This document shows, in pieces, positions 13,748-26,670 of a stretch of DNA of 64,000 nucleotides (position 1 is its first letter; every line of letters begins with the position of its first letter). The notes under the pieces were generated by a model. It ran no database searches and had not been told where the DNA came from. It saw only the letters and a program-made list of their open reading frames with translations. The stretch lies in contig JANJGN010000242.1 of assembly GCA_026770705.1 (NCBI GenBank), forward strand, positions 310,001 through 374,000, written 5' to 3'. This stretch comes from Isurus oxyrinchus. Lineage: Eukaryota. The translations under genes were made by a program, and so were the position numbers.

Positions 13748-14139
13748 TCGCTCCTGGTTACAGCCCCTGAACAGCTGCAGCGACCTCTCCAATAAAACAG
13801 AGGAGGCAAGACGGTTCAGAACCAGTGCAGCAAACGGAAGCCGTGAGCTGGTCTGCCGTGGGCTTTATGAAACCCTTCATATTGCGGCTTTGGTCAGAGA
13901 TTGTAACAGTCACAGCATAAAGTATCCAATGGGAGAAACAGTCACTCGCTAATCGCGGCCTTTATTGTGATAAAACCTTCAATATTGATTACTTGTAGGA
14001 TTATAATCAGTTGAGTCGATTTGGACATTTTACTGAATATGTGTACATGTGAGTCTGCTCTGTGACGGCTGACCGAAATTTTAACAGTGATAATCCTTGA
14101 GTCTGTCGATCTTCCGTGCGGGAAATTATCTGTCAGGTC

Positions 14140-14400
14140 ACACAAGCATACGAATAAGTAGCAGGAGGCCATTCAGCCCCTCGAGCCTGCTTCGCAAAGT
14201 AATAAGATCATGGATGATCTGATTATAACCTCAAATCTGCATCCCACTTACCCCCGATAATCTATCACCCACTTCCTGAAGAAAAATATATCCACTTTTG
14301 TCTTAAAAATATTTAAGGCTCTGTTTCCACCGCCTGCTCAGGAAGAGAGTTCCAAGGACTCACAACCCTCCGAGTGAAAACACAATTTCCCCTCATCTCA
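14140..14400 (-). mobile_element. CR1 3' end fragment
   Basis: gcaggaggccattcagcccctcgagcctgc...aagatcatggatgatc is a typical CR1 3' terminus. A paralog lies at 42525-42790. Confidence 0.65.
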
Positions 14401-15580
14401 GATTCAGATCAGGTCCCTGGTTCACTGCACTGCTGATTGATCAAATGGCAAGAATAGATCAACGAATGCGATACCTCCAAGAACAAAATCGTGTCGGAGG
14501 AGTGGAACAAATGGAAGATGTGGCCGGGGATGCAGCAGATTGAAAACTGATAAAAATCCGAGGCGGTGATCAGCTGCAGCCGGAACTGATGGGGCGGCAG
14601 TAGCGACGGATAAAGCTCCAGGAGACTGTGGGCATCCTGCACCTGTTCAGAAAGCATGTGACTGATAATCCGGGTGGGGCAGGGAGGGGCTAGAATCGGA
14701 AAAAGGTACAGGGCGGAATGAAAACTCCGCTTACCGTATCTGTGTCTATTCGAAAGAGTCTTTCGCAACCCAAATTTTCCACGTTGTTTTCCTATTTCAA
14801 CTAAACAACACCCTGTTGAAATTTACGATTGGATCCTCTTCCCCCATCATTTAGGTGCCTTATTCCAGACGGTAAAACACATAATGTAATGAATAACACA
14901 GATCTTTCCTTCTCTGTTGTTTTCATGAAATCGAAATGATTTAGTTATTAAATCTTCCGATAATAGAAACAATTGCGATTGAATCTGTTAAAAGGGCATA
15001 ATTTTAGCACATCAATTGAGTCTCTCTTCCACCTCCTTCGTTACGAGCACAAGAATCCAAGTTTCCCTATGATGTTCGCATAAACCTTCCTCATCTCTCG
15101 TACCATTCTGATATACCATGTCTGCACTTTCTCCAAAATCTTGACATTCCTTCTACTTCGTCGCACCCATGATTTGGACAGAAAGCTCCAGCGATGACTC
15201 CTGCAGAGTTAACACCAAACTCCCACATTAACATCAGCAGCAAATAGGGTTGAGTCTAAACAGCTCCAATTTAGACTCTTGGGTAACGTTGGTGCCTTGA
15301 TATGCATTTCAATAAACCCTGGATCCAATCAATGGCAGCATCCGAACACGGATTGAGCCGAATTCACCAGGGGAGGGCGTCTAGTTCAAGCATGGGCGTC
15401 ACTGAGTCACGTGATGGAAACGCGAAAACCAATAAGGAAGATTTCCTGAGTGAGGTCACACTAGGCCTGGCACGCTGAAGTGTGTGGGTGCAACAATGAG
15501 TTGAACAGAGCCCGGGTTCCCTCTCTCCTCTTCAACCTCTGGGTCATTCCATTCACATTCGGTGAGAGTTTAAGTCAGAC

Positions 15581-16136
15581 ATGTTTCTGACAACACTGGC
15601 GGCGCTGTTGGGCAGTAAATACTGGATTTAGTTAATCATGGCAGAATAGTACATGAATGTACAGAGACTGCGATAGTATTTAAAACAATTAACGATCAGA
15701 AATATCCATATGATGGACAGCTGGGTAAATAGGAGGTTCCACAAACTCACGGAGCTACAAACAAATTGAGATCAACACTGTTTAACCGCTTGATATTTCA
15801 TTCCTCTACCTCAAAGGCGGACTCTGCGCTGATCCAGTAACTCAGTGCCCGGTCGCAATAACGGTGTCAGAAGGAGGGTCGGTTCAGTTAGACTGAATAT
15901 ACAGATCGGAATATGTACTACATGCAATGGTACCGGCAGCAGACGGCACAGCCACCAAGATGGATTATTACCAATGCCTTAGCACAGAGGAAAGATGAAA
16001 TTTCAGGACGATATCTGGCGGCTGCTGACATGACTCAAAAGAACGGTTACCTCAATATAAGCGAACTGAGTGTGGATGACGGGGCGGAGTATTACTGTGC
16101 AGTGTTAGATCACAGCTAGAACCCCGTACAAAAACC
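15581..16136 (+). pseudogene. TCR V pseudogene (family of 25341/44187)
   Basis: Leader 15581-15614; exon from 15817. A small deletion at the first Cys gives TGA. The RSS heptamer is deleted while the nonamer ACAAAAACC (16128-36) is retained. Confidence 0.9.
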
Positions 16137-16429
16137 TCAGCGGTTTTTGCTCCCGGGTTCCAAAGAAGGGAAACAGACGGATCTATTTACCGCGGTTCTA
16201 TTGCTCTGTTTGTCCTTGAACAAATCCACAGAGAAGCGGTTTTGCGAAATATGTAAACTTATCTCCATGCTTCCATTTAAAGGGGAAATAGCTTCGAACT
16301 TACCCTGAATGTCGGTTTCCCAACAGAGGTAATGAGGGGTGGATTAATCAGCTTAGTCTACATACTTCCACAAGCACTTTATTTAATTTTAATTTTATAT
16401 ATCATTATGTTGATTTTATTCTGGCTTTG

Positions 16430-16690
16430 GAAGCAGGTCCTTTCCGCTGGAAAATAAATCAGATAATGGTTTATCGGGAACACCAGGACAACAATTTCGC
16501 GTCAACATCACCCTACTTTTGCTGCAAATGAACTTATATTCTTGAACCAGCAATTCTGCAATCCAGCTCCCGTGCATCTCTTCCTCATGTTCAGTGATGA
16601 AAGAGTTGAGGGAAGATTTCAAGTATTTGTGGACCGAGAGAAATGCTCTACCACTCTCACCATTCACTCGGTTCAGTTCTCCGAATGTGT
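16430..16690 (+). pseudogene. Old TCR V relic, 3'-truncated
   Basis: QQFCNPAPVHLFLMFSDERVEGRFQVFVDREKCSTTLTIHSVQ resembles V FR2-FR3. Paralogs at 27395 and 45035. Confidence 0.65.
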
Positions 16691-17659
16691 GGAATATATT
16701 TCCCATTGTGTGGAGGAGGGAATTATGTTCTCTTAATTTTGAGAAAGGTTACAGGATGGATGAGACAAAACGCATAGAGTTGCGTCCCTTGTTCCGAAAG
16801 GACTTGTGAAGGGGAATAAGGCAGGAGTGGTATCTTGCAGTGATAGGCAGTCAGTGTGTGATGTGTGCACTCTGCTGATTCCAACTTCTGACACTTCAAG
16901 AACACCTTACATTTGTTTTAGTTCAAAACGAGATTAGTAAAGAAAGAGTGGAAATAAAGGCATCGATTGCAAGTTGAAGCGATATGTATTTTTAGTATTG
17001 TTATTTCTTAAATTTTTCCGAATAGCATCTTATAAATATTTATTGTCGAGCAGCTCACTCCGGTATCGCATCCCATTCGATGATCCCCAACCTCCCATTC
17101 TGCTCAAAATCAGTCAAACACTCCCCAGTTGATGCATATGGTCACTTGTGTTTGTCAAAATTTAGATCAAAGTAGTATTCAGTCAGTGTATGGCCCCCTT
17201 TGTGATCGTTTCCCGAGTTCTAAGAATCAGTGAGTTGTATTGAAATAAGGACAACATTAACTATTAGGTTTCTCTGCTACAATCGAACAGGTCGGAGCCT
17301 GTTGAAAGAAAAACGGTGTGGGCGAGAGTCTGTCTAAACAATGTGAGATTTATGTTAGCATCTATTCAAAGGCCCGTATCTTTCAGCTCAGCTCAACATC
17401 AGGTAGAATGCACTGAGGGAGCGCGGCTCTGCCGCTTGTATCTCACATGTGAGAAAAGAAACATATGTACAACTTGTGACGGAGGACAAGGGTGTGCCGC
17501 TTGTCAAATGAGCCGCAGGAATTAGCTACCTGGCTGGGAACAGATTTACACAGTTCTGACAGATAGGGTGAAAGCAATTTTTGAATTGGAATTTGAAGTC
17601 TGTTCCTGATTCACGCCAAAAAATTTTGCAAATGAGAATACAATACTGATCTTCACGAT

Positions 17660-18074
17660 GCATGAAACACTGTGTGGCGTTTTGTGTTTATGTTTGTGTA
17701 TCTGAACGTGCGTTACTTTATGTTCCTGAATGTGCTTTTGTGTGTTGGTGTGAACGTTTGACTGAGTGCATTCTATTCTGTGCATGCGTGTTTGTGTATG
17801 TGCGTGTGTGTGTGTGGGGGGGGGGGGGGGGGGGGAGGGGTGGTGGGGGGTGGGGGGGGGTGCCTGCTGTCTGTGTGTATGTGCTATCTGCGGGTTTTTC
17901 TGTGCCTGAGTCTGTATGTGTCCGTGTTGCGTGTATGTATGTGTCGGAGCCTGTAGGTGTTTGTGTTGTGGGGTGGTGGGGTTTTCCATGTGCATGTGTG
18001 TTTAAGTGTGTGCGTGCATGTGCACGTTTGTATTTGTGTGTGTGTGTGTCGGAGTCTCTGTCTGTGTCAGAATC
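17660..18074. repeat. TG-rich low-complexity tract with poly-G, abutting an assembly gap
   Basis: Direct sequence composition. Confidence 0.9.
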
Positions 18075-18203
18075 NNNNNNNNNNNNNNNNNNNNNNNNNN
18101 NNNNNNNNNNNNNNNNNNNNNNNNNNNNNNNNNNNNNNNNNNNNNNNNNNNNNNNNNNNNNNNNNNNNNNNNNNNNNNNNNNNNNNNNNNNNNNNNNNNN
18201 NNN
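18075..18203. other. Assembly gap (N run)
   Basis: Run of N. Confidence 1.
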
Positions 18204-18519
18204 GTTTCTGTTTGCAATGCGCTGCTTGAGGGTCGTACAATACAAAGGGTAACTCCCTCTAATCGCGTGTTGAAGATTTTTCAATTCCATTAATTTGTAC
18301 ATGAATATAAAACAAAACTCTCCAAAGATGCCAACCAGTGTAGTCCTGGGTGCGCCTCGTGTTATCCATTGCATCAAAATGACAATCCTTACTGGGACAC
18401 ATTGGCTGCATTAATACATTCACTTTTCACCTCATTGACAGAATGACAGAGAGAGTAAGAGAAAAGGTGACAACAGGATAAAACCATGGAGACGGAGGCC
18501 TGGAAAGCACAGAACAAGA

Positions 18520-18605
18520 CAGAGAGATAGAGAGAGGGCAGAGAGAGAGAGAGAGAGAGAGAGAAAGGGAGAGAGATAGAAATAGAGAGAGAGAGAGAGA
18601 GAGAT
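18520..18605. repeat. (GA)n microsatellite
   Basis: Direct sequence. Confidence 0.9.
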
Positions 18606-18951
18606 AATCTGAAGATATCTTGCAGTAATTGGACACAACCAACACTGATTGGTGCTCAACTGGTTGTCAGTTATGAGAGATCCGCATGTCCTGTCCCTGA
18701 ATCCAACTTCTGCTCTCCCAAGAAGTGAAACTTGCTCCTGATCTAAGTGTGCTATTTAATGTCGAGTTAAAACGATCAACATTCCTAAAACGATGATGAC
18801 ACATCCGTCCGAAATCTAAAGTAGATACCATGTATTCCCCACAGTCCTTAGAGTTCTCGATGCCTGTTGAGAATAATTACATTTGGCCAGTATTTGCTGC
18901 ATGTGTTATGTTAAGTCCTGAACTCTGAGACTTCCCATACTCATGCTACAG

Positions 18952-19292
18952 GAACGAAGGACTTTGGCTCAGTCCCTCAGGACCCGCCTGAATTAATGTT
19001 TCAGGAAGGGCAGGCCATCATGCTGAACAGCAGTTACACCACAAACTGGTACTTTCTGCTTTCTCTCTCTTCTACTTCATTCAACATCCAGGGGAGGCTT
19101 GAGATATCTATTGAAGAGATATGGCAAGGGAGCCGTGGGGTGCCTGCCCAGAATTCCCGGACAGATTTCCTGCTCCCTTGGACAAAGAAAGTGTAACGAC
19201 CCCATTCAAAGTCCCCAGGAGCCTTGACCCTGCCGCAGCCGTGTCCTGCGGCCCACATTGCTACAGGAACTCAGTCAGCCTGTGCAAAAACC
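18952..19292 (+). pseudogene. Degenerate TCR V pseudogene
   Basis: SVPQDPPELMFQEGQAIMLNSSYTT (Cys lost) and EFPDRFPAPLDKES in a shifted frame. Clear RSS CACATTG(19254-60)-23-GCAAAAACC(19284-92). Confidence 0.8.
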
Positions 19293-20350
19293 GGCAAGGC
19301 GCCCTCACATCCCTTAACTGATCCACATCTGGAAACTTGATTGTGAATAGAAGACGTAATCGAAACCAGCATCTAAAGTCCAGTCTAGCTGGATGACAGG
19401 TTTCTGCACTCTGGACGATAAGTAATTATAAACAATTCCATCGCACCATGTATCCAGGCTGTGAGTCAGTATATTTTTACTTTTCAAAAATATACTTTCC
19501 TGATAAAGTTTGCAAAAATACTTGATGAAGCATTTGAAATTGAATATGACAGAAAGTTCCATAAAATTCAACCTTTCTTCCAACAGACTGCTCCACTCTG
19601 AGGTGCCTCAATGCAATTGCAATATTCTCTATAGTTACCATATGCATTCCATTTCAGGCATACAGCCCAAGTGCAAAGCTTTCGGAATTGATGATTACAG
19701 AAAATGCCATAAAATTCAGCTTTTCTCTATACATCCTGTTCCACTCCAATGAGCCTCAATATGATTTCAACAGTCTTGATTTTCGCAATGTGCATTCCCT
19801 GTCAGACACACAGCTCAGGGATCCTATAACTGTTAGTTAGCGCCCCGTGTTCTGTGAGCAGCAATATTAATTGGAGCCTCTGGCACTGTCAAAATTAAAT
19901 ATTTCCTTTCGCTTCTCCCGCCTCACGGACTGAATCTGTTCATGGGCGAGTAAATCTATTAACAAGTACTACTTCACAAACAGTTGGCTGTTCTGAGAGA
20001 ATAACACCGGTGTTGCTTTTCGTCTTGCACTCACTGGGACAGACCCAAGAATACCCAATTTCAAAGGGAGCAGCACTTTCCACTGCATGAGAATTACAAT
20101 TTCACTTTCTTTCCCTTTCCCTTTCCCTGCTCCGATGTCATTAATCGGAGAACAAAGGAGTTGCGAGCTGATTGGATGACTTGAAGCGTGATGGATGTGA
20201 CAATTGATTGGATGTCAGCTGCTGTCTCTGTCAGGAACGAACCAATGGGCAAAAAGGCCGGATATTACATCGGCTCGCGCTGTGCCTTGATAAGAATTTT
20301 TTTTTAGGTGAAAGCAGCCCTCTCAATTTCGCCATCATCTCTCCGTGAAA

Positions 20351-21304
20351 ATGTTGACTGTTACATTTTACTCAATGGTTACAGCTGCGGCTCTCCTCAC
20401 GGGTGAGTTCCGAAGTTATTTAACTCTGCCTTTCACAGTTGCCTCGTATATTGCATTTAATCGGTCAATCCGCGGGAGAACAGAAATATGCACATATTGA
20501 TCAGAAGTGCAGAAAGCTATTCGGATCGCTCCTAAGCTTAACCATGGACACTCTGTTGCAAATTGGACGTGCTCCTAAATCCCCCAGCCCCTCCCCCAAT
20601 CCTGCTCATACCCGCCCCAACCCCGCACACCCAAACACACATACACAGGCGCGCGCTATTGAATGAGAGTGGAACACTTAAAGATAAATATTAGGCAAAG
20701 GGAACCCATTACCCTGGATCCAATTTTAACTTTCAAAAATCCATGGGTAATTAGCGTGCGGATCATTTGGAGGTTTCCTTTCACAGCCCGGTCAGTGCTG
20801 ATGAAGATGGTGCTGAAGGTTTATCCAAAGACATTCTATTCATTAGACAAAGAAAGTTACCTTGCATTCTACGCCATGGTGAATATACTTCTGTGTAAGA
20901 CTTCGAATTTAATTCTCAGGTGTGTTTTTCGGGTTAATGGATGAGACACAGAGTGAAGTGAGATTGTTTAACTTAGTTGCTCCGGGGTCTCTTACAGGAC
21001 ATTGTGGAGGAGTCTCCGTTTCACAGACACCGGCTGAAGTCTCAGTAATTGAAGGAGATGATCTTCAGTTGTTCTGCAATTACACAACTACAAGCAGCGA
21101 CGTTGCTTACCTGTTCTGGTACCGCCAGCATCCCAGCGGTTCCTTGGAGTACTTGCTGCAGAGGAGCAGATACAGCGGGAAAATAGAGGGATTTCTAGAG
21201 GACCGATTTTCAGCGAAGCTCGATGAGTCTAGCCGAACCGTCCCGCTGGAAGTCTCTAAGGCACAGCTGAGGGACTCTGCGATGTATTACTGCGCGCTGA
21301 GACC
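20351..21304 (+). CDS. TRAV/DV: TCR alpha/delta V segment, intact (leader 20351-20402, V exon 20998-21304)
   Basis: MLTVTFYSMVTAAALLT|G..VSQTP..LFCNY..WYRQ..DSAMYYCALR. RSS CACAGAG(21305-11)-22-ACCAAAACT. Confidence 0.92.
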
Positions 21305-22814
21305 CACAGAGATACCGAGCTGACTGAAGCTGTACCAAAACTGTCAGAACGTCGATCGACAGAACAGCGTGTTAGGGGATATTGTCGACAGTCGGGGATC
21401 TCATCTCAGACCCTCATTCATGATGATATCTCTTACATGTAATTAGAAAAAATGCATCATTGTACTCTTCTTAAAATGCTTTTTATTAATGACAAAATAT
21501 AGAAGTACTGTTGCTAATGGGAAAGACCTTCACAGAAAGACATAAACAAAAAAGTAGCATTTTAATAGGGAAATGCAGAGGGGATACATATGGAGAGTGG
21601 CAAAGATCAGCGGCACTGGCGCCAGTAGAATGGGAAAAAATGAAAGTGAATGTTACGAATGTGAGTTGTACCTTCCTCTTCATGGTGCAGATTATTAAGG
21701 GAACATTCTGCAATCAGAAGCTGTGAATTTCCAAACTTCAATCCAACTGTTTGATGTCCTGGTAAGTGTTATACAAGGCTCGACATTCAGCATTCATGCA
21801 TTTCCCCATGAACAGAGGCTGGAGATGATCCCACTGATAATCCGATGATCGTTTTTCATCTCGTTTCATGTGTGCGTCAATGATGGAGGATGTGAATTTT
21901 TGTGGATGTCGTGTCAATCAAGCGGGCTGTTTTTTCCTGGATGGTGTCAAGCTTCCTAAGTGTTGTGCCAGCTGCACGCATTCAGACAAGTGGGGAGAAC
22001 ACGCGCACACCCGCAACCGGGATGTTCCCTACACTGTCAAAGGATTGGCACCTAGATAACACAAGCTGACAAAATGTGTGTTTGAATGGTGACAATGTCC
22101 CCTATTGTCACAGGAGACGAAGACATAAACTCAGAAGGAAAGTTAAAGAGAGACCAGGGGCGTTATATATCCTGAAGAACTGACATTATTCGCTCTCTGC
22201 TCAATGTCCGCCCTTGCTGGTGATTAGAAAAGTCATTCACCGTTACTGTGGAACGTTCAGGATAGATCAGAACTGTCTATTCAAAATGCACTGCTACGTA
22301 CAATTAACTATATCAGTAAGAGAGATGGATAACTGTACCGTTCACTGGTTACAGTGAATCCTGTACTCCGATTTCCTCTCGCTCCCTCTAAGCTAAAATT
22401 AACATGTCCTTTGTGATTAAAATGTTCGAAGAAAATAAGGATCTTATATTTTTCCTGGAATTAATGACTTGAAGAATCTTCATTTAACCATTTGAGATGT
22501 TGCTGCACAGACAGTAACCAGAGCAATTCCTCGTTTTCCCTGATGATGTGACATTGTCACAAACGGCTATGCCGAGTCATTTCCAGTCTATGTCTGTGAC
22601 AGGTTTAGGTAGCTCAGTCTGTTGCCGGGCTGGTGGAGAAAGGGTCTCTCGCCCAAATGGCCACTCGCAGACAATGATGTATTTCCCCTTGTCTATGAGT
22701 CCGGTTTTGGCCCTCTGTGCTGTGTAACTACATGTGGAATCAGATTACAAAATACACAAAAATCAATAAGGGGTCCGGTTAGTGACATTTGTAGCTGTTC
22801 AATTTCTCTTCCAG

Positions 22815-23121
22815 CCGACAGCGTTGGCGGCGATTCTGCGCATCAAAACAATCCACTAAGAACCGTGAGGGAAGGAGAACCGGTCACACTGAACTGCACT
22901 TTTACAACAGCGGATACTGACCCTTACCTTTATTGGTATCGGCAATTTCTGGGTCAGAATCTAGTGAACATGCTGCGGATCACCAAATACAGTACATCTC
23001 CAGCCGACTTGGCCAAGGAGCATTTCACAGCAGGGCTGAGCACAGAGGGGAGGGCGGTCTGGTGGAGAGTTTCTATGGCGGAGCTGTCAGATGGAGCCCT
23101 GCATTACTGCGCTCTGAGACC
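22815..23121 (+). CDS. TRAV/DV: TCR alpha/delta V exon, open frame; leader uncertain
   Basis: ccag acceptor; EGEPVTLNCTF..WYRQ..DGALHYCALR. RSS CACAGCT(23122-28)-23-ACAAAAACA. The candidate leader at 22674 has no good in-phase donor. Confidence 0.8.
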
Positions 23122-24012
23122 CACAGCTGCACAGCTCATTGCCTGCCCGGTACAAAAACAGCAACACTGCCTGTAATTAGAGCAATGCCCGCCTGGTGAT
23201 AGTCGGTATAGGAGTGCTCTTTAATGGAGAAGAGATTCCCACAGGGAATCTCAATCTGCTCAGAGTAGAGGAGTCGGATTTCATTTTCCTTAATGAGGAA
23301 TGGACAGTAGATTACCTGGCAAAGTTTAATGGTTTAATTAACCGTATACTGTGTTTCAAATTTCAAGATGTCGCTATTCACTGCACATGCAGTTTCCAGT
23401 ACTGTTTGGCATCTCACTGTCACAGAGATCTCAAAGGAAATATATCCCCCCTGTTTATCTCAGTCTTATACTTAATTTCTCTCTCTCCCCCAATCACCAC
23501 CTCTTCTTCTCTCTCTCTCTTCTCCTTTCTCCTCTCGCTTTGTCTACTTGCTTCTCTCTGGGTCACCCTTTTTCTCTCGATATCACTTTCCTCCGATCTG
23601 AATCTCTTCTCATGCTTGGGTCATTTGTTCCTTTTATTCATTAACTTTAAAAGTGAAGTAATTCCTGGAGGTGATGTGGCCTATTAATCACATGTCCTGA
23701 ATTAGTCAAAAAGATGGAAATTTCTGACCTAATTCCACTGTGTTTGGGGTGAAAATTCTTCAGCAAATGGCCCATAGAGCCTGGTTGGGTGCATCAGAAG
23801 CCTCTCACACGGCATTGGAAAAGGTATGACGGCATCGACCCACATACAGAAACACGCAGAGACGAAAACACAGAGAAATACATAAAAGCACTTCCAGATG
23901 CACACACAAAATCAAACACGTACTCTGAAGTGCACAAACTCAAACACACGCGCACAGGCATACAAAGACATAGAGAACCATACATACACAGAGAAACATA
24001 TGTCTGTAGAGA

Positions 24013-24287
24013 GATCAATTAAAGGTCAAACTATCTCTCAGAGGAGTTAAGGATCATACTGTCTCCCATGATCAATTAGATATCAAACTGTCTCTCAGAC
24101 CGATTGAAAATCAATCTGTCCCTCAGATCAATAAGAGATAAAACTGCACCTCAGATCAATTATTCATCACAATATCTCTCTGATCAACTAAAAATGAACT
24201 GCCGTCGGATCTATTAGAGACCAAACTGTCTCTCAGGTCAATTAAAGGTCAGAAACGCAGAACAATTAAAGATAAAACTGTCTCTGA
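24013..24287. repeat. ~28-bp degenerate minisatellite (gatcaattaaagatcaaactgtctctca, ~10 copies)
   Basis: Visible tandem units, located at the left breakpoint of duplication block C. Confidence 0.8.
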
Positions 24288-25340
24288 TGAATTCGGGTCA
24301 GAGGAGTGGAACAAACGGAAGCTGTGGCCGGGGATGCAGCAGATTGAAAACTGATAAAAGTGCGCAGCGGTGATCAGCTGCAGCCGGAAGTGTTGGAGGG
24401 AAATAACGACGTTTGAAGCTCCAGAAGCCTGTGAGCATCCTCCACCTGTTCACACATCAAATGATTGAGAGCAAATAGTGCGGGAGGCGCAGGAAGGGAG
24501 CAGAATCATAGAAAGTTAGGGGACTGACTGAGGACTCCGCTTACCGTACCTGTGTCTATTTGAAAGAGCCATCCCAATCGCCTTTCACACCCAACATTTT
24601 CCAAGTTGTTTTCATTTTTCAACTTGTAACAATTCCGTTTTGAAATGTACTACTGAATCTTCTTCCCCCATCATTTCAGGCACCGTATTCCAGATGGTAA
24701 CACGTGCAATATAAGAAATAAAACCGATCTTTCACGAAAATCGAAATGATTGGGTTATTGTATGTTCTGATGATGGAAGAAATTACGACCTACTTTCAAT
24801 AAAGGGCAATTTTTAGCACATCAATCGAGTCTCTCTTCTGCCTTCTTTGTTACGACGACAAGAATCCATGTTCCCCTCGTCTGTTCGCATAAATGTTCCC
24901 CATCTGTTGTACCAAGCTGATGTGCAGCGTCCGCACTTTCTCCAAACCCAGCAATGATTTCTACAGATTTAACATCACTTCGCAAGATAAACATCAGCTG
25001 CAACAAAGGCTGTGTCTAAGCAGCTCCAATTAAGATTTCTGGGGAACGTTCGTGTTTTGATGCATTTCAATAAGCCCCGAATCCTCTCAACGGCCGCATC
25101 CGAGCACGGATTGAACTGAATTCAGTAACGGAGGGCGCCAAGCTCAAGCAGAGAGTCACTAATTCAGGTGGTGGAAACACCAATGCCAATAGGGATGGTT
25201 TCCTGAGTGAGGTCAGAATGGGCCTAGCCCCCCTGCAGCCTATGGGTGGAACAATGAGCTAAACAGAGCCCGGGTTCCCTCTCTCTTTCTCAATCCTTGG
25301 CTCATTCCATTCACATTCATCGAGCGAGATTCAATCAGAC

Positions 25341-25869
25341 ATGCTTCTGATAATGCTGGCGGTGCTGTTGGACAGTAAGTACTGGATTTAGTTAATCAAG
25401 GCAGAATCGTAGGTTATTGTACAGAGATTGCGCTAGTAAGTAACACAATTAAAAATCAGAAATATCCATATGATGGACAGCTGGGTAGATAGGAGTTTCC
25501 ACAAATTCACACAGCTACAAACAGATTTAGATAAATACTGTTTAACCGCTTGATATTCAATTCCTCCACCTCACAGGCGGACTATGCGCAGATCCAGTGA
25601 CTCAGGCCCCGGTTGCAATAACGGTGTCTGAAGGGGGTTCAGTGCAGTTGGGCTGCAAATACACAGATCGGAACATGGAGTACATGCAATGGTATCGGCA
25701 GCAGACGGCACAGCCACCAAGATGGATTATTATCAATATCTTAGCACTGAAGAAAGAGGTAGTTTCAGGACGATATCTGGCGGCTGCTGACAAGTCTCAA
25801 AAGAACGGTATCCTGAACATAAGCGAACAAAGTGTGGAGGACGGAGCGGTGTATTACTGTGCAGTGAAG
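25341..25869 (+). CDS. TRAV/DV: TCR alpha/delta V segment, intact (leader 25341-25374, V exon 25577-25869)
   Basis: VTQAP..VQLGCKY..WYRQ..DGAVYYCAVK. RSS CACAGCG(25870-76)-23-ACAAAAACC(25900-08). Confidence 0.92.
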
Positions 25870-25959
25870 CACAGCGTTATATCACAGCAGGAACCCCGTA
25901 CAAAAACCTCAACGTGCATTTACAGCTTTCTTTTGTGCCTTGTCCAGCAGGAACAGTTT

Positions 25960-26670
25960 GATAAAAACAAAAAAAAAAAAAATGCGGATGCTGGAAATCC
26001 AAAACAAAAACAGAATTACCTGGAAAAACTCAGCAGGTCTGGCAGCATCGGCGGAGAAGAAAAGAGTTGACGTTTCGAGTCCTCATGACCCTTCGACAGA
26101 ACTTGATTTCGAGTCCAAGAAAGAGTTGAAATATAAGCTGGTTTAAGGTGTGTGTGTGGGGGGCGGAGAGATAGAGAGAGAGAGGGGTGGTTGTGTAGAC
26201 AAACAAGCAGTGATAGAAGCAGATCATCAAAAGATGTCAGCGACAATGGTACAAAAGAACACATAGGTGTTAAAGTTAAAGTTGGTGATATTATCTAAAC
26301 GAATGTGCTAATTAAGAATGGATGGTAGGGCACTCAAGGTACAGCTCTAGTGGGGGTGGGGGGAGCATAAAAGATTTTAAAATATTTAAAAATAATGAAA
26401 ATAGCTGGGAAAAGAAAAATCTATATAACTTAAAGGGAAAAAAAAGGAAAAAAGGGGGAAACAGAAAGGGGGTGGGGATGGGGGAGGGAGCTCACGACCT
26501 AAAGTTGTTGAATTCAATATTCAGACCGGAAGGCTGTAAGGTGCCTAGTCGGAAGATGAGGTGTTGTTCCTCCAGTTTGCGTTGGGCTTCACTGGAACAA
26601 TGCAGCAAGCCAAGGACAGACATGTGGGCAAGTGAGCAGGGTGGAGTGTTAAAATGGCAAGCGACACAGT
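25960..26670 (-). mobile_element. Penelope-like retroelement 3' fragment (GIY-YIG endonuclease C-terminus plus terminal repeat)
   Basis: Minus ORF VACHFN..EAQRKLEEQHLIFRLGTLQPSGLNIEF. The terminus carries a hammerhead-like motif. Absent from the paralogous blocks. Confidence 0.8.
26065..26103 (-). ncRNA. Minimal hammerhead-ribozyme-like motif in the Penelope terminus (core A6>U)
   Basis: Minus strand agtt-CUGUCGA-a-GGGUC(augag)GACUC-GAAA-CGUC-aact. Confidence 0.55.

Larger units (their letters stand above)
7150..16690 (+). repeat. Segmental duplication block A (paralogous to ~35095-45285)
   Basis: The same order of LINE end, SINE, four V genes and a V relic recurs. Intergenic stretches are near-identical (e.g. 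12150-12530 vs 39690-40080). Confidence 0.9.

Noticed and set aside
17546-18377. Long His/Thr- and Val/Cys-rich ORFs here and at 56100-58222
   Set aside because: Translation of TG/CA repeats and N gaps.
24013-24287. 28-bp repeats as a CRISPR-like array
   Set aside because: Directly tandem degenerate units with no unique spacers, in vertebrate DNA.
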